Shown piece after piece: positions 44,133 through 54,115 of a stretch of DNA of 64,000 nucleotides. The DNA is from Schizochytrium sp. TIO01 (taxonomy: Eukaryota; Protista; Bigyra: Labyrinthulomycetes), in the NCBI GenBank assembly GCA_004764695.1, contig SMSO01000031.1, forward strand, positions 4,998,436 through 5,062,435, written 5' to 3'. A model generated the notes under the pieces. It was not told the DNA's origin. It saw only the letters and a list, made by a program, of their open reading frames with translations, and did no database searches. The stretch's first letter is position 1. Every line of letters starts with the position of its first letter. Made by a program: the position numbers and the translations under genes.

Positions 44133-45410
44133 ACCAACTGTTCTACGCGAATTCTTTACATATGATTCCTTGCTCTTTTTTGTTCCTCATCTATTGTCAA
44201 TCTTGGCGCTCCCGTCACATGTGACAAAACTCTTAAACAGCAAATGGTGATTTGGAATCTCCTGCTTCTCTTTTCTTGGACTGGCTTATCGACTTCGCCA
44301 TCAGAATTGGACCAATATGGCGAAGAGGTCTTGACATGCGGTGTTTGGGAAGGTATTTAGCAACCCTAGTGCTAATTATCCTCTGTTTACATCACCGTAA
44401 ACTGCTTGCCGGCTGTTGCTTCATAATCAGATATGGGTAAATCTCGATCTGATTTAAAGCATGTCCATCTTGCCTTTTTCGTAGAATAAGTAGCTAGTTA
44501 GTCATCTTTCTTCTTACGGAGTACATTTCTCAAGCTTGACTTTTTGTCTTTCTGTTGTCCCATCAAATGTTTCTTCGGTCATCTCGATGCTGATATCAGA
44601 AGCAATTTTGACTCACTTTTTTATTTTGTATGATTAAAAAGCCTTTGCTAGAGCGGTTTTCACCTAAACAAAAAGTTTGCCGTATTTTTTAATATGTGTA
44701 AGAGTTTCCACCATGTATTCTTCAACTTCTGTAGTTTTTGTAATCAAGGAGAGAGGTATTGAAGAAATCAACAGTATAAACATAGATGATTAAGTCTCTG
44801 TGCATGGCTTTTACCGTGAGCGTGCGATGCTAGCGTGGACAATCGAAAGTTTTCGTATGTGTGTTTGAGTTATTGGAAAGGTTTGCAAGCCTAAGGAAAT
44901 ACCGGGATAAGTAAAAAGTGATTGATTACAAGGATACGAAACCATAAATTAACGCGAGCAAAGCGTTTGTTACCTCTGTAACAAAAATTTCAAAAGAGAT
45001 GCTTAGATTATTCTGAGAAAAATTGACCCCAACAGATGTGGGACTCTCTATATCTAGGTGAGGAAAGCGGGAGTCTTTATGAGAAAAAATAGAAATAGAA
45101 ATAGGAATGAAGGCTTTTTAATCATTATTTTTATTTAATTTTTTTTTGGCTGTTTGTTTTTATTTGGCTAAAATGGGTGTTTGCTGGCGGGTGTTGTAGT
45201 AGCATGTTGGTAGGTAGATAAGAAGACGACACTAATGAAGCTAGTTTGGTAAGTCGCTAGCTGAGAAGCTTAGTCCAATTAAAGTGGGTAGGTCGTTTGT
45301 GTTTTTTCGGATAAGCGAGTTCTTTACATATGATTCCCTAGTTGATCATTTGTCGTTGTTTATGCATCCGCAGCTGCTGCATCAACAGCCGCATCCTCCG
45401 TAGACGATAT

Positions 45411-46295
45411 TTATTCCTCGTCATCAGAATCATCATCCTCGTCATCTTCATCGTCTGAGGACAGGTCATCCAGGTCATCCAGATCCTCATCCGCAGCTCC
45501 GTCAAGAAACAACTCCTCCTCGATATCTCCCTCACCCCAGTCCTGGGCACCGAGTGCAGCCGCTGCAATTCCTTCCTGGCCTGGCACCGTGATTGCAGCC
45601 TGTGCTCTTTCGAGAGCTTGCTTCTCAAACCATGCTCTTCCCGTAAGTTCTGCATCAGGTTTCACCGCAGCTTGGTTCGCCTTGGGCTGGCTACTTTGCT
45701 TCTCTTCCTCCTCTTCTGCCTTGATAGCCCGCATCTCATCTACGAACTTCTTTTCCCAGGCCGTGAAAGACTCCACCGTCACCGGCGTGCCATCAATCAC
45801 TCGCGGTTTATCCTCGTCATCGCTATCGCTGTCTTCTCCTCGTTCAGCCTTTCGTGCACGTGCTTCCTCCTCCTCGCGGGCACGTGCTTCGTCCTGAGCC
45901 TTCTTTATCATGAGTGCATGCATGCTTTCATCGGTGTGGTCACGGTTGTTCTCCATGAGCCACTCTTTAACGACCTCGGAGAGCTGGAAGATCATGGGCA
46001 TCCCCAGGAGATTATCAACTTCTTTCAGAGTGGAGGCGGTAAGATCATCGCAGTGGCGTTGCGTGAGACCACGGAGAGGAGTGAGAACAAGTTCAGGAGC
46101 TTCTTCAGGATACTGAGCTGGCAAAGTAAACTTTGCTTCAACACCAACCTGGTTCTCGTCTGCGGCATCATCGCCAGGAACGGGGAAGAGCTTAAGGAGG
46201 ACGACACGCGGCGACTCCTGGAGAAGAGAGTAGTCTTCGAGGAAGATTGCTTCAAGAGCCTCGAGCTCAAGCTGCTGCTCCTCATTGTGATCCAT
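45411..46295 (-). CDS. RWDD1: RWD domain protein, RWDD1/GIR2 (DRG-binding DFRP2)-like
   Basis: MDHNEEQQLELEALEAIF, YPEEAP, LLGMPMIFQLSEVVKEW, GTPVTVESFTAWEKKF, LTGRAWFE and an acidic tail. ATG at 46295. Confidence 0.88.
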   Translation of the reverse strand: MDHNEEQQLELEALEAIFLEDYSLLQESPRVVLLKLFPVPGDDAADENQVGVEAKFTLPAQYPEEAPELVLTPLRGLTQRHCDDLTASTLKEVDNLLGMPMIFQLSEVVKEWLMENNRDHTDESMHALMIKKAQDEARAREEEEARARKAERGEDSDSDDEDKPRVIDGTPVTVESFTAWEKKFVDEMRAIKAEEEEEKQSSQPKANQAAVKPDAELTGRAWFEKQALERAQAAITVPGQEGIAAAALGAQDWGEGDIEEELFLDGAADEDLDDLDDLSSDDEDDEDDDSDDEE

Positions 46296-47343
46296 GGTGG
46301 CGAGCGCAGTGGGAGGATCAACGAACGGGTGAGAGAGGGCCAGCTGAGTTTGACGAGAATGTGAAACAGAAAAGACAGCAACAAGTGCGGGGGGCACAAA
46401 GGGGAGGGAACGTCAAGGGGGATAGTAGAGAGGACCTTCCGCAGCCAGCGAGGAACACCTTCCGCGCCGGCAGCGGTGATCAAAGTCTGCGTACCTGAAG
46501 ACCTTGGCAGAGGATTGGCGCGCCGCAACCTCTCCTTTCACGCCTGTGCCTGTATTGCCCTCTCTGTATGACTCATAATTTATTTCACTTGTGCAAAGTA
46601 GAGTTTTCAAAATGTAAATGAGTTATACGGTTTAAGCTCACTTTCGCTATACTTTTTTCACTTTCAAAAGACTGCTAATGTAAATTCTATAAAAGATGCT
46701 ACAGATATTTTTGAGAAAGATCACAGTTCAAATATATCATACACACATGATATGCATCAACAGACTAAAGACAAACTAAAGAAATAAATTGAAGTGATGC
46801 TATTATACGTATGCGTATCATCATTCACTTGACTATTTTCTGTACAAGAAAGCAGCAGGCATTAACATTTTCACTCAGGTAGGCTCATTCAGAGATACGA
46901 GAAGTTCTTTGAATAGGTATTTATTTATTTATTTTAAAGTTCAATTTATTCTTTTTAATTAAAAAGAAGAAGTGAAAATTGATTTAGTAAGATTGGTACA
47001 TATATTCATGATACCCTGAACGAATGCCCTTGTCAACCTAAAAATCTTTATAGGGTACCCGGAATTTAACTCTACATTACTGCCGAGGAGTTGGATATGA
47101 TATACAACGGGCATGATCTATTTAACCTTTAAAGCGAGCAGAACAAAAATTCGGACACCTCAACTTTCAATACCATGATAAGTAGGTATAAAATGTTGGT
47201 GCGGTTTTATGAAGTAGCAATTGAGTCTTTTAAGAACCTCACGAGTAAATTATAGCTGGCATCGAACGCATCGAAGCCGTTTTCTTGTTATTATCCTTTC
47301 TTTTAAAATATCATTGAAAATCACTTTTTTAATTTGCTGCCAT

Positions 47344-49161
47344 TTATAAAATGGTGCTCAGAAGTATAAAGGCTGGGGTCAACACGGAAGCAGCTATTGA
47401 TGATGCAGGGCTAGGGGACGAAGTTGGGTTGCCAATTGACTCGCTCAGTTCCTCGGATGACGGGTCGCCATTTGCAGCACGAGTACAAACATTAAGATCA
47501 GAAACATCGGAAAGACCCGTAGTAATAACAACCTCAAATACAGTTAAGGTGGAGCTTACAGAGCCAGATGCAATGAGCAAGTTTTTACCATTGGGGGCTT
47601 CCGCAGCCGGGATAAATTGCAACGCTTCCGGGTCAGCAAGCCTAGCAGTGCTATCACTGCAGCTATCAATGACAGCATTCAAACTATGAAATGAAGGCTT
47701 TGTCACGTCGGTGATGTTCATCACAGCAATAAGTCCCGGGCGCTCAAGACCAACAAAAAGAAGATTGAGACCATCAAGGTGAGCTACTGCGAGTGATTCC
47801 ACCTCAGCGCCTTTTTTAGTTGAGCGGTCTTCGCCTTCCAAAAGCTCACCATCATTAATGTTAAAGAATGGCTCAGCAAATTCAGCAGTCTTGTTTGCAA
47901 GCTGGTTCCCGGAGTCGAACACAATCTCTCCAGAAGCCGAATCAAGAACCAGAAAGCTGCGACCACCATTCATGTAAAGAGCATCATATTCACCAGCAAG
48001 GTTCTTATTTCCAACGCTACGCTTCTTTAAGTTGGTCAAAGCATCTGGGACAGGATCGTCAAAAGTACCAGCGACAAAGGTCATATCGCTGTATTTCAAG
48101 CCGGCATCTTCTTCGACAAGTGTCTGATCACCTTCATTTGCTGCAATTATGTAGGTTGTGCCGTCTTGTGTCACAGCCTTGACAGTATCTGGTTGATAAA
48201 TCCCCTTGAGCCCCTTATACGAGACCAAAGAAATGATATCGTCATTGACAATGTCAAGGCTGTTGCTTTCGAGACTGTGGTCCTTAAACCCCAAAGGTAT
48301 AATGCGAGTAGGTTCAGAGCTGAGATTAGGCATGCTCTCAGTATTACCCACGTACACAAGAAATAGGTTTGCTTCTTGACAAATCACATATACTTCGTAA
48401 CTTCCATCTGCGGCAGCTTCGCTGTAGGTAATGAACTCTGGCTCAATGTAGCTAATGAAATCGTCAATGGTTTTGGAGTTGTTTAGCGGATCACTTGGGT
48501 CATGTGCACCCTCCGGTATGTTGGTGATGTTCAGGTCTGCAAGGTTGCTATGAGACACTTGATAAGTGCTAATATCCCGGAAATTAGAGGCGCAGACTTG
48601 AGTGACGCCACCGTATGGATTCACTCCATTTTCAGGTTCACCTTCATTCGCACTATAGAGGCACTTGAAGGAAGGGCCGAAACTGACGTGATCAGGCATT
48701 GGATTTGCAGTTGTCACATTAGCAATCGATGCTTTAGACTCCGCATCAAATATCATCAAGGTCCCAGGGTCTGTCTGTGGGTTAGCAGCAACTGCTACTG
48801 CAAAAACTCTGTCCACCGGATTGTAGACTACCGAGTTTGGTGTACCATTGACATAAAGAGTAGAGTCGTATACGATCATTGCTTCAGATGTCAAGTTGTA
48901 AACGTCAACATGGGCATAACCTGAGTTGACCACCCACATTTGGTGCATATCAGAGTTGTAGTAAAAATATTCCGCTTGGCCTTCTTCATCCCCATAGCCA
49001 AGGTCTTCCACCTCAAAGTGATCAAGTACCTTGAGGAAAACCCTCTCACTTTCAGCTTCATACTGCTCATATGCCACGCTGTCAGATGGCGAAGTAATTT
49101 CCACGCCAGAGCTCTGCGTGGTGAGCAGTAAAGCTGCGAACAAGAAACCCAAGATTTGCAT
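47344..49161 (-). CDS. Secreted, probably GPI-anchored MSP130 / choice-of-anchor-I family beta-propeller protein (605 aa)
   Basis: Signal peptide; motifs PDHVSF..ANEGEP, IEPEFI, CQEAN, GIYQPD, ANEGD, GGRSF..IVFDSG, DRSTKKGAEVE, FVGLERPG and DPEALQFIPAAEAPNGKNLL; Ser/Pro linker followed by a terminal hydrophobic tail with no cytosolic residues. Confidence 0.85.
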   Translation of the reverse strand: MQILGFLFAALLLTTQSSGVEITSPSDSVAYEQYEAESERVFLKVLDHFEVEDLGYGDEEGQAEYFYYNSDMHQMWVVNSGYAHVDVYNLTSEAMIVYDSTLYVNGTPNSVVYNPVDRVFAVAVAANPQTDPGTLMIFDAESKASIANVTTANPMPDHVSFGPSFKCLYSANEGEPENGVNPYGGVTQVCASNFRDISTYQVSHSNLADLNITNIPEGAHDPSDPLNNSKTIDDFISYIEPEFITYSEAAADGSYEVYVICQEANLFLVYVGNTESMPNLSSEPTRIIPLGFKDHSLESNSLDIVNDDIISLVSYKGLKGIYQPDTVKAVTQDGTTYIIAANEGDQTLVEEDAGLKYSDMTFVAGTFDDPVPDALTNLKKRSVGNKNLAGEYDALYMNGGRSFLVLDSASGEIVFDSGNQLANKTAEFAEPFFNINDGELLEGEDRSTKKGAEVESLAVAHLDGLNLLFVGLERPGLIAVMNITDVTKPSFHSLNAVIDSCSDSTARLADPEALQFIPAAEAPNGKNLLIASGSVSSTLTVFEVVITTGLSDVSDLNVCTRAANGDPSSEELSESIGNPTSSPSPASSIAASVLTPAFILLSTIL

Positions 49162-50937
49162 AATATCACTTTGTAAATACTAGAGCACTCTTGCTTGATA
49201 TGGATATTATGCTCAGCTATTTAGATTTTCTTTTGCTGTTTCAGTTTCAGTTTTGTATGCATGTGCCAAACCAAAATCTCCACAGTCAAGCAAGGCACTG
49301 TTGAGTATCGAGGACACAGTATGTAGAACTTAATGGTTTCAATACATAGCTTAACTTGCGACACATCGAATCTTGTGGGTATAGAGGTTTGTCATCCGTG
49401 GATAAATGAACTCGCTTAGCGGTCTATTAACCCTGATCTCTATTGAACCTTAATTTTCTACCTCACGCAAGGAGGGTAACGAAGCTAGACACGCTGCTGC
49501 GATCAGGCCGATTGGAGAATGACCCAAAAAAAATGCGCATTCGTGAATGAATCTACCATTCGCACTTTGCTAAACCCGTCGCATTCCATAGGAGCACCAG
49601 CACAAGCAGGCAAGTGCCCCGCCTTTTCGCATCAGAGCATCGCGATTCAATATATTTTAGAGTCTTGACTCGTGCCCACGATCTTTCTTCAGGCTCTACT
49701 TTTTGATTGGCTGTCCTGCTCACCGAATCTTGTGAGCGTTTCCGAAGCTATCCAAAGTGCACACGTTTCATACTACTTCCTATATTAGGCATCGGTACAC
49801 GTTCTATCAAGTCGAGCACAACTACTTACTATAACTGCTTCTCCAGGTTGCTTCATGTTCAAACTGGTTGACTGGTTGGTAGGTAGGTAGGCTCACCTGC
49901 CTATGACTGCCTGTTGTATATATATTAGAACTTTATCGGGCTGAGAAACATTCTGGCTACAAACTGAGGGAATATTTCACTTGACCCCCTAGTTAACTTT
50001 TCAATAAAGTGTATATTCCGTGCATTTCGAGCCGAATCTTTCGCAGGGTTTCCAACAGCAGTCTCTGGTTTCGCCCGTTTCTACCTTTTTGTTTTGTTAT
50101 AAGTGGAGTAATCGGACTGCCTAAAACTGCTCATATTGGCCAATATTCTTCATCGCAGGTGCGAGTAGCATAAAAAGCAGAGGACCGAATGATAATATTT
50201 GATTTTTGTTCCTTAATTTCTTGGGAACGCACACAATATGAAGTCAACCTTGAAATGTTGGTTAAGGTCAAGGTGGTTGAGTTGATCTTGGACGATCCTG
50301 CTAGATGACCACGTTGCAGTGAATACTGCTAATGCAGAAGCGGGAAAAAGGACATCAAAAACAAGAGACGGCAAGGCGAAACGTGGCAAAACAGCTCTTT
50401 GGGCAAATCCTATGAGGGGACGAATAAATTGTCTGTAAAGGAATAAGCTATCATAGCTCACAGGTCAATATTCTAATTGATTCCACGGAATCATAATATT
50501 GTATTTGAAACAATGATTTTCCGGGGTATACTAAACTATATATAGCAAACTTTTAAAATCATAGAAAACCTTAAGTATCAAAGACCGGCGCCTCTAGAAC
50601 GCACACCAGACACAATCTCTGGCTATTCCGACAAAGAAAAATACTAGGGGATCAAATACAAGCGCAGAAAAACAGAAGCAACAGTTTTTATTTTTCGTGA
50701 AATCTGAAATTCGGGTCATCTGTGACTACATATCAAAGCGAGGGGGAGTACACACCTAAATGAAGAATTTTGATGGCGAGAACGTACGAAGTGTTACATT
50801 ACAATGCGAGCTCATAATTCATCGATCATGCCGAAGACTACATAGGTTGTAGCTGCAGCAGTTCACGCGAGGAGAACAACTGCGCAATATTGCTTTGGGA
50901 AAGTTTGGAACTGCACATTCCTATCAGTTCCTACCGA

Positions 50938-52101
50938 ATGGACCGCGTGCGCAACAATCTTACACGATGTGGAGGCTGTCAGCGCTATATTTGCTGCTGC
51001 AAAACAGGCGCTGATGACATTAAGTTGGGCGAAATCGTAACAGGAAACCACTTGTCTTCGTACATTGCACGAAAGCGATTCCGTATTAGCGATTTTGACG
51101 TAGCATCTGGTTATGTGATAGCAAATGGAACATTTTGGGAAGAACGAATAGTGAACTTACGAGGGGCACAGAATCACCCATATTTATTGAAGTCTACAAC
51201 TGGTGCAGAGGTTGTACGTCGATTGAGCCAGACCAATCACGTTGATAATGAGCGGGAGGTGCTCGAGCGTTTATCCGAACGCAATCCTCGTATTATCAAT
51301 TTATTCTCATATTTTCAAGAACCCAAAAATGGGCGATGGCATCTTGTTCTTGAATTTGTACCAGGTGGTAGCCTTGAGGCACGCATCGACAAACAAGGAG
51401 TTTTGAATGTTGAGGACATCAAGTTTTATGCAGCACAAATCTATCTTGCTATTAAATTCCTACGAAGTGAAAGAATAATACATCGTGATGTTAAACCAAG
51501 CAACTTTTTTCTCACGGAACGAGGACATCTTAAGCTCTCCGGGTTTACCTACGCTAAGCATCTACGCAGGGGCGAACGAGCCTACACACTGATAGGAACA
51601 GTTAACTATATGGCTCCTGAGGTCTTACAGGGAGCTCGTATGGTAGCTGTTCGAGAAGGCATCGGTTACGAAGGGTATGATGGCTTGGTCGACTGGTGGT
51701 CTGTAGGTGCCTGCATTTATAAAATGGCTCAAGGCTCGGCTCCGTTTTCAAATCGTCCATCCCCTGAGTTGCAAATTCAAGGTCTTGAGGAAATCATGGA
51801 AGGTCAGCCTCTACAAAGAATTCGGCGTTGCGTTGATAGTCGTGTTTGGGATCTGATTCTGAAGCTAATGAATATTGATGTGAAAGCTCGTCAGCAGTTT
51901 GCCGAGTCTGACGAGCTCGAAAAGCATCAGCTCTTCAAGTTTTACTTGAGAGAAAGTTTTGCATGGGATTCTTTTGACAAAGTAGACACATATCCTAAAG
52001 CACCATATTGCCCAGGCCCTGTGCCAAAGAGTAAGCCAAATGTGAACTATAGCCCACTGCCTGACGTGCATCGAAGCAATGGGCAGAAAGTATTGAGGTA
52101 G
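50938..52101 (+). CDS. AGC-group (PKA catalytic-like) kinase domain protein, probably a pseudokinase
   Basis: HVDNEREVL, LVLEFVPGGSL, FYAAQI, HRDVKPSN, YTLIGTVNYMAPE and VDWWSVG are present, but the DFG position reads GFT and the Gly loop reads ANGTFW. First ATG is at 50938 (the track starts at TTG 50890). Confidence 0.85.
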   Translation: MDRVRNNLTRCGGCQRYICCCKTGADDIKLGEIVTGNHLSSYIARKRFRISDFDVASGYVIANGTFWEERIVNLRGAQNHPYLLKSTTGAEVVRRLSQTNHVDNEREVLERLSERNPRIINLFSYFQEPKNGRWHLVLEFVPGGSLEARIDKQGVLNVEDIKFYAAQIYLAIKFLRSERIIHRDVKPSNFFLTERGHLKLSGFTYAKHLRRGERAYTLIGTVNYMAPEVLQGARMVAVREGIGYEGYDGLVDWWSVGACIYKMAQGSAPFSNRPSPELQIQGLEEIMEGQPLQRIRRCVDSRVWDLILKLMNIDVKARQQFAESDELEKHQLFKFYLRESFAWDSFDKVDTYPKAPYCPGPVPKSKPNVNYSPLPDVHRSNGQKVLR

Positions 52102-52345
52102 ATTGTATGTAGCGATTGGATTAATGATGATATATTTTGACCTCGACCTGTTCCTTTTAAACCTATTGCGGTTCTTGTAGGAGATGATGTTTCTGGTAAT
52201 CCCAGGTGAAAGTTAAGACAGAGTATTGATGTTGAGTCCTCTTCATTCCTTTTCAGGGTGGTGTTGTTCTAACAAATCAAAAAAACATCCATCAATTGCA
52301 GGGGCTTGTATATGAGTGACGTTGTATTTTTAAAACCTAGCCTTC

Positions 52346-54097
52346 CTAATTTGAGAACGGTTGTACATATACAACCGCAAGGACCAGCGCAAAGGTAACG
52401 AAGGGGATTGCCACCGCATATTGCTCCAAGATGACCATGGCCATTGCTCGTCCCTGTGTCGGGTTTCCGTGAACGAGCAGAAGCATAACGACGTTTTGCG
52501 CTGAAGGTACCACCGCTTCAACAAACAGAACGAAAGGTACAAGACCTTGCGCTGGCGAAAGCTCTGACCAAATGCAAAATTTGACCCAAAAATATCCAAC
52601 GACTGCCATTACTGTTGATCGAGCAAGCAAGATAATGAGACGAGAGGATGCGGAAAAGGAAAATGACTCCGCATGTAACTCTTCCATAATGCGGATAGTA
52701 CCTGCTCCTGAAAGCATGATCATACTAGCAGGGACTTGCATACGCCCACAGCTCTCCAATGCCTGAGTAAAAGGACTGAGGAGCGCATGACTTCCAAACA
52801 TGAGCCCTTTAATCGGTGCACTAACCGCCACGATTACACCAAGAACCGCGGCAATCAAAGGTGGGCTTCTCAACGCACGTAAAAGCTTCAGGAAGACCTT
52901 GCGGATATTAGAGCACATTCGCTTTGCACGCTTTTTGGCGGAGGGAATACTTCCACGGCGAGTCTTCAAACGCATAAGCTCTTCCTCATCATCGCTAGAA
53001 TCATACTCGTCTACGCTTGCAAAGGCGGCACTAAAAAGCGGGATACGCGAAAAGAGACGTTCAATATCCTCAGGCGATAGCTGAGATGTCCGTGTAAGGA
53101 TGGGGCCTTCAGACTCACTTCTTAGCATGCGATCGCTATGGGATCTGACTCGCAAAGGGGGAGCTGCTGAGCTCCCGTAACGAGCGAGGACATCTAGGTT
53201 GGGCTGCGAAGCACTCATTTTGGGGTTCGAAGAGCGCAAAAGTGGCCTTGACTCAGGATGGCTACTCTCCGAATTTTTTCCAGGTGGCTCTGTAATCCTC
53301 ACAGATTTCTTCGCACTTGGAGCAGGCCCTGATGATGGCGGTGACGGAGGCGACGGAGGCGATGGTGGCGATGGAGGCGACGGAGGCGTTGTCAGAGCAT
53401 CAAACTCAGGTATCTTATCCAAAGTCGGTTCGGACGGAGCAGTGGCTCCCGGGAATGAAGCAGCGCCCAAAGAGTTTGTCGCCTCGACCCTCGGCCTGGA
53501 GGCAGCCGTTGCTCCGGTACCTTCCGAGGCGTCTTTGGCCGAATCCTTGATAGAATCCGGGAGTGTTGCGTGCTTTGGGTCAGACACCGCATCGTGAGAT
53601 CGGAGCAAAGCTTCTCCCCACGAGAACATAACGAGGTTCTGCCCGACAATGAATAATGCACAGTATGAAATGGCCTTTTTCTGAAATCCAAGAGCCTCGT
53701 CTTCAGGCGCTCCAGCGAAGGAGAGCGCTGATAGCAGTGCAATGGCGAGACTCCCAGTATTTCCAAACATAACGGCGGCCTGCACTGCGTGACGCTCGTT
53801 GTGCGGGACCTGCATGATCTTGCACAAGAGCCATGCTACGAGGTATCCTGCCGTGACGTAGACTACTGCCGAAAGAGGGAAAACATACAAGGTTCGCAGA
53901 TCTTCCGCGGTCAAACTGGATCCAACGTTGACAAAGATCAGGCTCGGAAGCGCTACGTAGTACGTGATCGTACCAAGGTCCGAGACGCCTCTCTGATCCA
54001 AGTGCCCAGAGTAGGTGAGCGCCACGCCGACGAGCACCAGGCAGATAATCTTCACGTTGGCAACCAGAGTCGCCTCGAGGGCTGTATAAAAGTCCAT
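52346..54097 (-). CDS. Auxin efflux carrier (AEC)/PILS-like membrane transporter with a long Pro/Ser-rich central loop
   Basis: Two blocks of ~5 TM helices. Motifs LPSLIFVNVG, FGNTGSLAIALL, SPPLIAAVLGV, VPASMIMLSG and VPSAQN. First ATG is at 54097. Confidence 0.88.
   Translation of the reverse strand: MDFYTALEATLVANVKIICLVLVGVALTYSGHLDQRGVSDLGTITYYVALPSLIFVNVGSSLTAEDLRTLYVFPLSAVVYVTAGYLVAWLLCKIMQVPHNERHAVQAAVMFGNTGSLAIALLSALSFAGAPEDEALGFQKKAISYCALFIVGQNLVMFSWGEALLRSHDAVSDPKHATLPDSIKDSAKDASEGTGATAASRPRVEATNSLGAASFPGATAPSEPTLDKIPEFDALTTPPSPPSPPSPPSPPSPPSSGPAPSAKKSVRITEPPGKNSESSHPESRPLLRSSNPKMSASQPNLDVLARYGSSAAPPLRVRSHSDRMLRSESEGPILTRTSQLSPEDIERLFSRIPLFSAAFASVDEYDSSDDEEELMRLKTRRGSIPSAKKRAKRMCSNIRKVFLKLLRALRSPPLIAAVLGVIVAVSAPIKGLMFGSHALLSPFTQALESCGRMQVPASMIMLSGAGTIRIMEELHAESFSFSASSRLIILLARSTVMAVVGYFWVKFCIWSELSPAQGLVPFVLFVEAVVPSAQNVVMLLLVHGNPTQGRAMAMVILEQYAVAIPFVTFALVLAVVYVQPFSN
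53336..53388 (-). repeat. 9-bp coding repeat encoding (PPS)n within the PILS-like loop
   Basis: ggcggtgacggaggcgacggaggcgatggtggcgatggaggcgacggaggc translates on the minus strand to PPSPPSPPSPPSPPSPPS. Confidence 0.8.
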
Positions 54098-54115
54098 CGC
54101 GCTGCGCAAAAGAAG

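Noticed and set aside
43749-44137. Track ORFs over the RPL32 locus (43749-44030 minus, 43834-44094 plus, 43949-44137 minus)
   Set aside because: Shadow frames of the codon-biased RPL32 exon 2.
45618-46364. 248-aa plus-strand ORF (and similar antisense ORFs over PEX5, SF3B3 and PRP16)
   Set aside because: Antisense shadows of well-supported genes with no independent motifs.
53789-54115. 5' extension of the 539-aa plus-strand ORF overlapping the PILS gene
   Set aside because: It starts at GTG and is the antisense shadow of the PILS CDS; the first ATG is 54116.
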